Shown here piece by piece: positions 17,890-27,122 of a DNA stretch of 64,000 nucleotides. This DNA is from Symbiobacteriaceae bacterium (GTDB lineage Bacteria > Bacillota > Sulfobacillia > Symbiobacteriales > Symbiobacteriaceae): positions 252,262-316,261 of the forward strand of contig DASPIW010000057.1 of NCBI GenBank assembly GCA_035628915.1, written 5' to 3'. Made by a program: the position numbers and the translations under genes. Numbering within the stretch: position 1 is the first letter of the stretch; the number at the start of each line of letters is the position of its first letter. Under the pieces are notes generated by a model that was not told the origin of the DNA, did not search any database, and saw only the letters and a program-made list of their open reading frames with translations.

Positions 17890-20800
17890 CTGTGGTCCCT
17901 CCTGGCTGCGATGAAAATGGGGTGAGGAGCGACGCGATGCGCTTCTCGAACTCGGCGGGGGATATGCGGCCCTTTGTCAGAAACACGGTATTGCCCGTCT
18001 GCAGGGATTGACGGTCTGTCTCACTCAGATCCCTGGCCGTGTACACGACCACGGGCACCCTGCTCAGACACCCATGCCGGCGGAGCCAATCGACGACGGC
18101 AAAACCGTCGACTTCCGGCAGGTACAGGTCAAGCACCAGCAGGTCGGGCGCCGCCTGCTGCGTCATGGCAATGGCCTCGCTACCGGTGCGTGCGTGGGAT
18201 GTCCTGGCCCCATGGCGTTGAAACATGGTCAGCAAGACACTTGCCAGATCCGGGTCATCTTCTACGATCAGGACCTTCGCACCGAGGCTCTGGCGAACCA
18301 TGGCCCGCTCCAGGGCGTGCACCAGGGCCGTCTCATTATGCGGGTCGGCAACCCAATCCACGCCGCTGCCAGCCTCCGTGACGCCCGCCTCTGCCGACCA
18401 GCTGCTGCAGATGATGACCGGCAGATCGCCGGCGCCCGGGGCGGCCTTGATCGCGGCGATGGTCTCCACCCCCGCCTTGTGCGGGCCGTCCAGATTGACC
18501 AGCACGGCGTCAGGCCGCCGCAGACGCAACTCCGCCAGAGCCTCCTGACTGGATCCGGCGGTCGCCACCTGGTATCCCCGGGTTAGCAGGGTCGGTCGGA
18601 GCGTCTCCACTCTGTCAGGGGCGAAGAGGCACGCCAGAACATGAGGCCGGGCCGGTTGAGCGGGTTGCGCCGGGTGAGCCGCCTCGATTCGGGCCCTCGG
18701 GTGTGGCGCGCCAGACGCAGGCAGGGTGAAGAAGAACCGGCTCCCCTTACCCGGTTCCGACTCCGCCCAGATTCGCCCGCCGTGCTGCTGGATAATCGAC
18801 CGGCAGATGGCCAGTCCGAGTCCAGTACCGCCCTTCTGACGTGAATCAGACGCATCGACCTGCCGGAACCGCTCGAAGATGGACTCCAGTTGGTCCGACG
18901 GAATGCCCCGCCCCTGGTCAGCCACTTCAAAAAGATAGTGGTCATCTTGCCGGCGGGCGGTCAGCGAGACGGTACTGCCGGCCGGAGAGAATTTGATGGC
19001 GTTGGAGAGCAGATTGGTCAGCGTCTGCGAGATTCGGTCCGGGTCTGCCTGAATTCTTGCCCGGAGCGGCTCGACCTCTAGGCTCACGGCGGCTTTTGCC
19101 GCGATCGCCTGCAGGAATTCGACCGCCTGGGTCATGATGGCCGCAGCGTCGCATTCCTGAATCTCCATCTGCACGGTGCCGGATTCCATCCGCTCAATGT
19201 CAAGGATGTCGTTGATCAGTCGCACCAGTCGATCCGAGTTTGTGGCAGCGATCTCCACCATGCGCCGCGCTTTCGGGCCTAGTTCACCGAGCGCTCCGCT
19301 GGCCAGCAGGCCCAGCGAGCCACGAATCGAGGTCAGGGGCGTCCGGAGCTCATGGCTGACGACCGAAACAAACTCACGCTTCATCTGGTCGACTGCCCGC
19401 CGCTCCGTGATATCCCTGAACGTGATCACTGCCCCGACGACGTTGCCGGACTCCTCAACGGGCGTGGCAGTGTATTCCACCGGTACCGCACTGCCGTCGC
19501 GGCGCCAAAACAGGGACTCCCGGGCGCCCAGGGCGACGCCGTCCAGGGCGACAACGCAGACCGGACACTGCCCGCAGACGAATTCGGCACGGTCGCCGAA
19601 GATCGTATGGACGGATTGGCCGGTCAGTTCAGGGATCTCATAGCCCAGAATGTGGGCGGCGGCGGGATTGACAAACGTCGTACGCCCGTTCAGATCCACC
19701 CCGCAGATGCCGTCTCCCGCCGCGTTCAAAATCAGTTCCAGCCGCTGGCTGAGCCGTTCCAACTCTGCTTGCTGCCGCTGCAGCGCCTCACGCTGTTCCA
19801 TGAGCTGAACGTTCTGTGCGGCCAACGTTTCCTGCTGTGCAGACAAGGCCTCGTTAGTCGCCAGAAGCTCCTCATGCTGTGCTGTCAGTTCTTCCTGCTG
19901 CGCCTGCAACTCCATATGGGCTTCTGCCAATTCGGCGTGGCCGTCCGAGAGTTTCCCATTGGCCTCCTCCAGCTTCCGTACCAGGCCCCACTGCTCGCGT
20001 GCCGAAGCCAGGGCAATGCCGCTGGCGACGACGACGGCCACCAGTTCCAGAAGCGCCTGGTTCAACGATACCTCCCAGGTCTCCGTACCCTGCATGAAGT
20101 GCGATGTCTCTCCAAAGACCACCACGGCGAGAAGCAGGTACAGGAGGCGACGAGACGCAAGCGGACCGAGAGCACGCGCGGAAAGGGCGGGCACGACCAC
20201 CAGCAGTGCGGCAATGCTCTGGCCGACAGCGCTGCGGCTGGCAAAGAGCACACCGCCGATTACCGTCAAAATGGCGACATGCCAGAATGCTCGCTGAAGG
20301 GGTGTGCCGGCCTCGGGTGCGATCCAACGGACGAGAAACGTGTAGCCGATAATCGCGGCAATGCCCAGATTTGCGACGGGCGATGCGGTTTCGGCGTGTA
20401 CGGCGGTTGCGGAAACAGCGGAGATGCAGAGCGCCATGGCCGGCGCCCACGCCTCCAACCGGTGAATCACCCCTGGCAATATCTCACCCGCCAGTTCGAC
20501 CGGTTCGGTGCGGTGTCCGCCCGGTGCCGGGTGTCGGTGGGAGGCCCCTTGGGGCCTCCAGCCACTAAGGGTGGTCAGGCACCAGATACTGAACGATACG
20601 GCGGTAGTCCAGTAGCCGGCTACGGAATGGACGGCGACTAACGTCAGCGGAAATACCAGCGCCAACGGCCGGAGGAGCCAACGATAACGCTCGGCCCAGA
20701 CAATGCCAAGGGCGAACGGCACCTGGCAAATCGCCCCGAGAAACCCAAACGCAATATGGATGGGGAACACCGGACTGAGAACACCCAATACGGGGTGGTC

Positions 20801-21280
20801 TGGCCCAGCCGGACGCAGGACAAATCCGACGGCGCTGAGAAGCATGACCGCCGCAAGAATCAACGCGGCCGGGTCCGGTTGGGGACCGCTAACACGGGGC
20901 CATGCCAGCCTGTGCACCCAGGGCTCGCACATGACGGCGAGCGCCATGAGACCGTACAAGAACATCCCGACCCAGAGTCCTTCACGCCCGGACACCACGG
21001 CAGGGACTACCAGCGGTGCGGCAGGTACCAGGGCCAGAACCGCTTGCAGCCAAAATGGCAGTCGGTACCGGCCCCGTTCGAGGAGAACGCCGCCGCCGGC
21101 CAACAGGCCAACTGATAATATGGCCTGGTACGACCAACCGGGTCCGGACGCCAGCGGCTGAAACTCCTGGGGCCAGATGCTGAGGCCAAGGCCGAGTCCC
21201 AGTTCAATAAACGCGACGAGGAGGACCAGTCGGGAAGTTCGTTCGTAGCGGCTATCCATGCAGTTTCCTTGCTCCTTCAT
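17858..21280 (-). CDS. Hybrid sensor histidine kinase: large polytopic membrane domain - coiled coil - PAS - HisKA - HATPase - two receiver-like domains
   Basis: H-box SHELRTPLTSI; N/G boxes NLLSNAIKFS, DQGRGI, GTGLGLAI; C-terminal receiver VLIVEDDPD..LVLDLYLPEVDG. Start set at ATG 21278-21280, which forms an ATGA overlap with the upstream stop. ATG 21257-21259 is an alternative; the track start at 21400 would overlap the upstream gene by 124 nt. Confidence 0.88.
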   Translation of the reverse strand: MKEQGNCMDSRYERTSRLVLLVAFIELGLGLGLSIWPQEFQPLASGPGWSYQAILSVGLLAGGGVLLERGRYRLPFWLQAVLALVPAAPLVVPAVVSGREGLWVGMFLYGLMALAVMCEPWVHRLAWPRVSGPQPDPAALILAAVMLLSAVGFVLRPAGPDHPVLGVLSPVFPIHIAFGFLGAICQVPFALGIVWAERYRWLLRPLALVFPLTLVAVHSVAGYWTTAVSFSIWCLTTLSGWRPQGASHRHPAPGGHRTEPVELAGEILPGVIHRLEAWAPAMALCISAVSATAVHAETASPVANLGIAAIIGYTFLVRWIAPEAGTPLQRAFWHVAILTVIGGVLFASRSAVGQSIAALLVVVPALSARALGPLASRRLLYLLLAVVVFGETSHFMQGTETWEVSLNQALLELVAVVVASGIALASAREQWGLVRKLEEANGKLSDGHAELAEAHMELQAQQEELTAQHEELLATNEALSAQQETLAAQNVQLMEQREALQRQQAELERLSQRLELILNAAGDGICGVDLNGRTTFVNPAAAHILGYEIPELTGQSVHTIFGDRAEFVCGQCPVCVVALDGVALGARESLFWRRDGSAVPVEYTATPVEESGNVVGAVITFRDITERRAVDQMKREFVSVVSHELRTPLTSIRGSLGLLASGALGELGPKARRMVEIAATNSDRLVRLINDILDIERMESGTVQMEIQECDAAAIMTQAVEFLQAIAAKAAVSLEVEPLRARIQADPDRISQTLTNLLSNAIKFSPAGSTVSLTARRQDDHYLFEVADQGRGIPSDQLESIFERFRQVDASDSRQKGGTGLGLAICRSIIQQHGGRIWAESEPGKGSRFFFTLPASGAPHPRARIEAAHPAQPAQPARPHVLACLFAPDRVETLRPTLLTRGYQVATAGSSQEALAELRLRRPDAVLVNLDGPHKAGVETIAAIKAAPGAGDLPVIICSSWSAEAGVTEAGSGVDWVADPHNETALVHALERAMVRQSLGAKVLIVEDDPDLASVLLTMFQRHGARTSHARTGSEAIAMTQQAAPDLLVLDLYLPEVDGFAVVDWLRRHGCLSRVPVVVYTARDLSETDRQSLQTGNTVFLTKGRISPAEFEKRIASLLTPFSSQPGGTTGDGKSPAIDC

Positions 21281-24200
21281 TGACTGAGGCGTCCGGACGG
21301 GCTCTGATGAGTCGGCGCTGGCCGCCCCAGACCATAGCCCTGCCCATGCGTAACGCCGAACCCGCGCAGAATCCTGGAAATGGAGGGGCTTTCCACCCAT
21401 TCGGCGATGACGCCCTTTCCAAGGGTGTGCGCCACAGACGCGATCGCCTGAACCAGGGCGCGGTTGGTCGCACTTGTGTCAATGTTGCGGACAAAAGAAC
21501 CGTCAATCTTAATGAAGTGCACTGGCAACGCCTGTAAATAGCTAAATGAGGAAAAGCCCATCCCGAAATCATCTAGGGCAAACCGACAGCCGAGTTTGTC
21601 GAGCTGACTCATCCACTGCTGTGCCCGGGTGAGGTGCCGTACAGCCACGGTCTCCGTGATTTCAAAGGTGAGACGGGACGCCACTTCCGGACCGCATTCA
21701 CGAATCTTCGCGACGATGCTCTCCAGGAAGGAACTGCCATTCATGCTCTGCCCGGAAAGATTGACGAAGAGCCTGAGGGTGTCATGGTTTCTTAGCTCGG
21801 ACAGAGCAGCGTCAACCACCCACCGATCGAGCAGTGGCATGAGGTTGAGTTGCTCGGCCACCTCCAGGAACTCACCGGGTAGAACCACGGACCCGTCCGG
21901 TGCGATCATTCGGATCAAGGCTTCGTAATGGTCAATTTCGCCAGTCTCCAGCCTGACCACGGGCTGATAATAGAGCACGAAGTGGCCCAACTTCAGTGCT
22001 TCCTTGATGCGGTTGGCCCAAAGCGTAGGGGCAGTGGCCGGATCGATACCGCCAGTCTCCTCCGCATAGACCGCCACCTGGTTCCGACCGCTTTCCTTTG
22101 CCCGGTACAGAGCCGCATCAGCACAGATCATCAGCGCTGCAACGTCGTGTTTGCCGTCGATAGTGACCAGCCCGATACTGACGGTTGGCTGAATCAGGAG
22201 GCCCTCGATCGGCAAGTTGGCGGACTCAACGTGGTGCCTGATTCGCTCAACAAGTTTCCGTCCATCCTCAAGGGAGATCCGGTCTGCCACGATGGCGAAC
22301 TCGTCGTCGCCATAGCGGGCGACCAGATCGCCAGGGCGCACAGCGGTCTGCAGCAACTGAGCCAACTGGATCAAGACCTGATCGCCCGTTGGATGGCCCA
22401 TGGAGTCGTTGACAGAGTTGAACCTGTCCACGTCGAGCAGCGCAAACACACCAGGATGCTCAGCATCTGAGGTAGCGATCACTTTCTCCAGCCGTTCTTC
22501 CAGCGCTGTCCGGTTCAAGAGGCCAGTCAGGGGGTCGTGGCGCAGAAGGAACTGGAGTTCAGACTCTCTGCGCTTGCGCTCAGAGACGTCCTGTTTAATG
22601 GCGATGAAATGGGAAACAGTCCCATGGGCGTCCATTACCGGTGTGATGGTCTGTTCCTCAAGGTATATCGAACCGTCCTTGCGCCGGTTCTCCATTTCAC
22701 CCTGCCAGATCATTCCGGAACGGACCGTCTCCCAGAGCAGCTTGTAAAAGGCAGTTGAATGCACTCCCGACTTGAGCACGCGGGGCGTCCTTCCGAGCAC
22801 CTCTCCCGGCTCATAGCCGGTCAGCCGGGTAAACGCCGGGTTTACCCACACGATCTTTCCATCGGGCTCGGCGATGACAACGGCATTTGCGGTTGCTTCC
22901 AGGGCGGCTTTCTGGAGTTGAATCTGATGCTGCGCCCGGGAACTCATCACGGCGGAAGCAATCTGTCCTGCGAACCACTGCAAATCACTGCTTACGCCCT
23001 GTTCAAAGACCTTTTCCCGGCTTGCGAAAAATGCCATGGCCCCGACAGTGTCGCCCCGGGCAATCAGTGGGCATGCCGCGTAGGAAACGAACCCGGCAGC
23101 AAGCAGGCGAGGTCGCCATTCGCCCACCACCGGCTCCCCGCGCAGGTCTCCAGCCAGGAAATCCCCCGACATGATCGCCTGTGCAGCAGGGCTCATCTCG
23201 GCCTTCGGAACGTCCCGGAGCGCCGCGATCTCACCCACGGCCGGGCTCTCCTTGCCGCAGGAGATTTCGTTTAGAACCTGCCCATCCTCGTTCAAGATGG
23301 TGATTGTGACCAGGTTGGTCTCGTACAGGTCTGCAAGGCCGCTTCCGACGGCACTGAGCACGCGGTCGAGGCGGTCCTGAACCATAATGCCGTGATCCAT
23401 CTCGTGAGCCAGACTGCGAATCTGTTCACGCCGGTGGCGCTCGGTAATGTCCCGTACGATGTTCACCAGTGCCGGTTCGCCGTCGACAAACGCACCGGCG
23501 GAGGAGATTTCCGCCGGAAACGACCTACCGTCGCGGCGTGTGTGACGGGTCTCAAAAGTTGCCCCGCACTCAAAGGCCAATTGCAATTGCTGCGCAACAA
23601 ACTCTGGCTCGTCCGCCTTACGCAAGTCGCAAATGGTCATCCTGCATAACTGCTCAAGGCTGTACCCGTAGGCGTGGATAGCCGCTTTGTTCGCATCCAG
23701 GATGCGCAGGTCAGTCGGATGGACAAACAGCACGATCTCTTTCGTGTTTTCTGCCACCAACCGATACCGGTTCAGCGCCCGCTCCGCCAGCCGCTGGTGG
23801 GAGATATCTGCTACGACCGAAACGGTGCCAACGATCTCGCCGGCCTGGTCACGAAATGGAGCCGTAGAGATTCTGACCTCAACTGGTGTTCCATCGCGCC
23901 GTTGCCGGCGGGTAATCCGCCCCCGGCTCACCTCGCCGCGAAGACAACGCGCTAGTTTTTCGGTGAACTCATCCGTTTTGTCCAAGGGGACTGTTGGCAG
24001 GGGACGATCCAGCACCTCTGACTGCTGCCAACCGTAAATGCGTTCGGCGCCAGCGTTCCAGAGCTTGACCCGTCCTCTCAGGTCGAGAACGGTGATCCCT
24101 TCCGGAGACGCCTCAATCACCGCCTCAAACAGGTTCGAGATTCGCTGCCGTTCCGACTGTTCCAGTCGCAGGCGCGTTACGTCACGCCCAACCAGAAGGA

Positions 24201-24780
24201 AGCGCGGATCCGCCACAGCACTCGCTTCCGCGGCCTTTGGGTAGAGAACCTTCATCGTTACTTCCAGAACCCTGTCCCCTTCAGGCGTTGGAACGACTAG
24301 CTCTTCATTGACCGGCTCGCCGGCCATGAGTCGGGGTTTGGCATGCTCAAACATCGTCTGATACGGCCCGACTTCTGATAGAAGCTTTCCAGTCACGCTG
24401 GCCGCAAGCTGAGCATGTGGGTTGTTTTGCGATCCGTGAGCCGCGATAATCCGCCCGTCGGTATCGACGACACTGACAATTGCTTCCATAGAGTCGACAA
24501 TGAGCCTGAGGCGCTCTTCGCTTTCCGCCAGAGCTGCCTCAGACTCCGCAGCGCGGATCACCAACTTCCGCAGGATCGCATAGAGCAACACTGCTTCCAC
24601 CAGAATACCAGCCACGTCCTGGATTGCCTCAATCCTGTCACTTGACTCATGGAGCGGATATTGAAGCACGACAAGGGCTTCCGAACCTAATGTCCAGAAC
24701 AGCGCAATCGATACAAATGCAGCGACGGACAGGGCGGGAATCATCCGGATTGAGCGTACTGGTCGGTTCAGCCACTTCAT
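21277..24780 (-). CDS. Membrane-anchored multi-PAS/GAF protein with a degenerate GGDEF domain and an EAL domain
   Basis: ~1167 aa. One N-terminal TM segment, several PAS repeats and a GAF-like segment. GGDEF domain reads RYGDDEF (22297-22311). EAL domain reads HYEALIRM (EAL at 21916-21924), with later DDFGMGFS and KIDGSF motifs. Start set at the ATG after AGGGGGA (MKWLNRP). Confidence 0.9.
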   Translation of the reverse strand: MKWLNRPVRSIRMIPALSVAAFVSIALFWTLGSEALVVLQYPLHESSDRIEAIQDVAGILVEAVLLYAILRKLVIRAAESEAALAESEERLRLIVDSMEAIVSVVDTDGRIIAAHGSQNNPHAQLAASVTGKLLSEVGPYQTMFEHAKPRLMAGEPVNEELVVPTPEGDRVLEVTMKVLYPKAAEASAVADPRFLLVGRDVTRLRLEQSERQRISNLFEAVIEASPEGITVLDLRGRVKLWNAGAERIYGWQQSEVLDRPLPTVPLDKTDEFTEKLARCLRGEVSRGRITRRQRRDGTPVEVRISTAPFRDQAGEIVGTVSVVADISHQRLAERALNRYRLVAENTKEIVLFVHPTDLRILDANKAAIHAYGYSLEQLCRMTICDLRKADEPEFVAQQLQLAFECGATFETRHTRRDGRSFPAEISSAGAFVDGEPALVNIVRDITERHRREQIRSLAHEMDHGIMVQDRLDRVLSAVGSGLADLYETNLVTITILNEDGQVLNEISCGKESPAVGEIAALRDVPKAEMSPAAQAIMSGDFLAGDLRGEPVVGEWRPRLLAAGFVSYAACPLIARGDTVGAMAFFASREKVFEQGVSSDLQWFAGQIASAVMSSRAQHQIQLQKAALEATANAVVIAEPDGKIVWVNPAFTRLTGYEPGEVLGRTPRVLKSGVHSTAFYKLLWETVRSGMIWQGEMENRRKDGSIYLEEQTITPVMDAHGTVSHFIAIKQDVSERKRRESELQFLLRHDPLTGLLNRTALEERLEKVIATSDAEHPGVFALLDVDRFNSVNDSMGHPTGDQVLIQLAQLLQTAVRPGDLVARYGDDEFAIVADRISLEDGRKLVERIRHHVESANLPIEGLLIQPTVSIGLVTIDGKHDVAALMICADAALYRAKESGRNQVAVYAEETGGIDPATAPTLWANRIKEALKLGHFVLYYQPVVRLETGEIDHYEALIRMIAPDGSVVLPGEFLEVAEQLNLMPLLDRWVVDAALSELRNHDTLRLFVNLSGQSMNGSSFLESIVAKIRECGPEVASRLTFEITETVAVRHLTRAQQWMSQLDKLGCRFALDDFGMGFSSFSYLQALPVHFIKIDGSFVRNIDTSATNRALVQAIASVAHTLGKGVIAEWVESPSISRILRGFGVTHGQGYGLGRPAPTHQSPSGRLSQ

Positions 24781-24970
24781 GCTGTAGTCCCCCTGGTGCA
24801 ACATGGGTTGTGCTGAATTTTACGGGTAGGTTGGTATTGGATTCTAAAATAGCATATCTAAAGGTAGTGCGCTACCGTTACCCGCGTATCCGCAAAGCTT
24901 GCTTTTCCAGGGGGTCAAGGTTCTTGGTGCGTTTCTGCAAACTGCTACATCCGCTGTGTGCTGACATAAC

Positions 24971-24999
24971 GAAAGGCGGTGCATATGGTATGCACCGCC
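24971..24999 (-). terminator. Rho-independent terminator after the SUI1-like gene
   Basis: Minus strand: GGCGGTGCATA-cca-TATGCACCGCC followed by TTTCGTTATG, 16 nt after the stop at 25015. Confidence 0.7.
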
Positions 25000-25014
25000 G
25001 TGTCGCTTGGTCCC

Positions 25015-25365
25015 TTACCCTTTCACCCTATAGCCCATCGTGGGAAGGAGCTGGCGCAGTCGCTCCCGGAAATCGCCCTGCAGTTCGATCGCCACTTCCT
25101 TGGCCGTGCCCCCGGTGCCGCACGCTTTTTTCAGCTTGGCCGCCAGATCCTTCAGGAAGGCCTGATTGCGAGGCAGGTCATAGAGGACTGTGACTTCCTT
25201 GCCCCCGCGGCCGCCCTTCTCGATGCGCAGCTTGACCGTCAATGCGGCAGGAACGGCCTCCTCAGGCCGGCAGGTGCAGGCGCTCAGCAGTTCGCGACAC
25301 TTCGGGCAGCGCTGGTTCAGCGCCGCTTCGGTGCTGTACACGAGCCGGCGGTTAGCGTCCACCAT
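25015..25365 (-). CDS. yciH: SUI1/YciH-family translation initiation factor-like protein
   Basis: 116 aa. Motifs: RIEKGGRGGKEVTVL, LKKACGTGGT, IELQGD. Confidence 0.8.
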   Translation of the reverse strand: MVDANRRLVYSTEAALNQRCPKCRELLSACTCRPEEAVPAALTVKLRIEKGGRGGKEVTVLYDLPRNQAFLKDLAAKLKKACGTGGTAKEVAIELQGDFRERLRQLLPTMGYRVKG

Positions 25366-26081
25366 CAGTCACGGCGGGCCCGGTCCCGCAGAATCAGGAG
25401 GCGGATCAGCATCATCAGGGCGCCGGCCGCGGCGGCCACGTAGGTCAGGGCAGCGGCATTGAGAACTTTCTTGGCGCCGGCGACTTCGTCGCGGGTCATA
25501 TAGCCGCCGGTCTCCAAAATGGCAACAGCCCGGCTGGAGGCGTTGAACTCCACCGGCAGGGTGATCACGTAGAAGCCTACGGCCACGGCGAACAGCAGAA
25601 TGCCGACGTCGATCATCACCAGGGCGATGCCCCCGCCCCCCCGGGTGGCATATGCGAACATGAGGCCCAGCATGACGATCCAGGGGCCCAGCATATCGCC
25701 CAGGCGGGCGACAGGGAAGATCATGTTGCGCATGAACAGCGGCACATAGGCCTGGTCATGCTGAATGGCGTGCCCCACTTCGTGGGCCGCAACGCCGATG
25801 GCTGCCACGGAAGAGCTGCTGTATGTGGAGGCCGACAGCTTGACAACCCGGGTCTTCGGGTCGTAATGGTCGGTCAGTTCGCCCTCCACATATTCGACCG
25901 GCACATCGCTCAGGCCGTTCCGGTCCAGGATGTCCCGGGCGACATGGGCAGCCGTGACGCCGGAAGAGGTGCCGACATTGGACCATTCCCGGAACGCACT
26001 CTTGACGCGCGCCTGGGCCCAGAAGACCAGAATCATGATCGGGATGGCCAAAAACCAGGTGGGGTCTCCCCAGAACAGCAT
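25365..26081 (-). CDS. YugP-like membrane zinc metallopeptidase
   Basis: HEVGHAIQH zinc motif; hydrophobic N- and C-terminal segments; N-terminus MLFWGDPTWFLAIP. Start set at the ATG after GGAGGGA. The stop overlaps the SUI1 start (TGATG). Confidence 0.75.
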   Translation of the reverse strand: MLFWGDPTWFLAIPIMILVFWAQARVKSAFREWSNVGTSSGVTAAHVARDILDRNGLSDVPVEYVEGELTDHYDPKTRVVKLSASTYSSSSVAAIGVAAHEVGHAIQHDQAYVPLFMRNMIFPVARLGDMLGPWIVMLGLMFAYATRGGGGIALVMIDVGILLFAVAVGFYVITLPVEFNASSRAVAILETGGYMTRDEVAGAKKVLNAAALTYVAAAAGALMMLIRLLILRDRARRD

Positions 26082-26168
26082 TGCGGTCCCTCCCTGTCCA
26101 TCTTTCCTTAGGAATTGGCTGTACACATGATTCTATACATAAGAGACTCACCGAAACACCCGAAAGGT

Positions 26169-27116
26169 TCAGGCCGTGGGAGCGGAAAAGCGCGTGCCGA
26201 CCTGCACGCCGCCGCCGTTAACGAACGCGTGGGCCTCCATGCGGCTCTTGCCCGGCGGCTGCACTTCTTCAACCAGCAGAAAGCCTTCACCGGTGGCGAC
26301 CACGAAGCCCTGCTTCTTGATGATCTCCAACACCTGGCCGGGCGTGCCCCTGCCGCGCCGGTCATGGTAGAGCGATGCCCGCCAGATTTTCACGGTGCCC
26401 TTCGGCCCTGCGGTATATGCTCCCGGCCATGGATTGAGCCCCCGAATCTGGTTGACCAGGTCTTCGGCCGGCCGATCCCAGTTGATGATTTCGTCCTGCC
26501 GTTCGAGCTTGGCGGCGTAGGTGACGCCTTCTTCCGGCTGCCTGATGCGCGGCGCCGTTCCCGCCTCCACCTGCCGGAGCGTCTCGACCAGCAGCTTGGC
26601 GCCCATGACGGCAAGGCGGTCGTGCAGCGTGCCGACGGTGTCTTCCGGGAGGATGGGTGTTCTGGCCATCAGGCACATATCGCCGGTGTCCATACCCTCG
26701 TCCATCCACATGGTGGTAACGCCCGTCTCTTCATCGCCCGCCATGATCGCCCGGTGGATGGGCGCCGCCCCCCGCCAGCGCGGCAGCAGCGACCCATGCA
26801 CGTTCATGGAGCCCAGCGGACTGATCTCCAGCGCCTCCTTGGAGAGAATCTGGCCGAAGGCGACCACGACCGTAACGTCTGAGCCAAGCTCCCGCAGGCG
26901 CTCGATCACTTCGGGCCGCCGGACCCGCTTGGGCTGAAAGACCGGCAGGCCATTTGCCAGCGCCACGTCCTTGACCGGCGGAAACCTGACCTTCCCGCCC
27001 CGCCCCACCGGCTTGTCCGGCTGGGTGACGACCCCGACTACCGAGTGCCCGGCGGCCAGCAAGGCCCTGAGGCTGTCCGCGGCAAAGTCCGGGGTGCCCA
27101 TAAACAATACTTTCAT
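26169..27116 (-). CDS. fmt: Methionyl-tRNA formyltransferase
   Basis: 315 aa. Motifs: MKVLFMGTPDFA, HGSLLPRWRGAAPI. Confidence 0.95.
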   Translation of the reverse strand: MKVLFMGTPDFAADSLRALLAAGHSVVGVVTQPDKPVGRGGKVRFPPVKDVALANGLPVFQPKRVRRPEVIERLRELGSDVTVVVAFGQILSKEALEISPLGSMNVHGSLLPRWRGAAPIHRAIMAGDEETGVTTMWMDEGMDTGDMCLMARTPILPEDTVGTLHDRLAVMGAKLLVETLRQVEAGTAPRIRQPEEGVTYAAKLERQDEIINWDRPAEDLVNQIRGLNPWPGAYTAGPKGTVKIWRASLYHDRRGRGTPGQVLEIIKKQGFVVATGEGFLLVEEVQPPGKSRMEAHAFVNGGGVQVGTRFSAPTA

Positions 27117-27122
27117 GGAGGG

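Noticed and set aside
24862-24875. Small inverted repeat GGTAG-tgcg-CTACC upstream of the c-di-GMP phosphorelay operon as an operator
   Set aside because: A 5-bp arm palindrome is expected by chance in a 200-bp region. I could not pair it with a convincing -35/-10 match.
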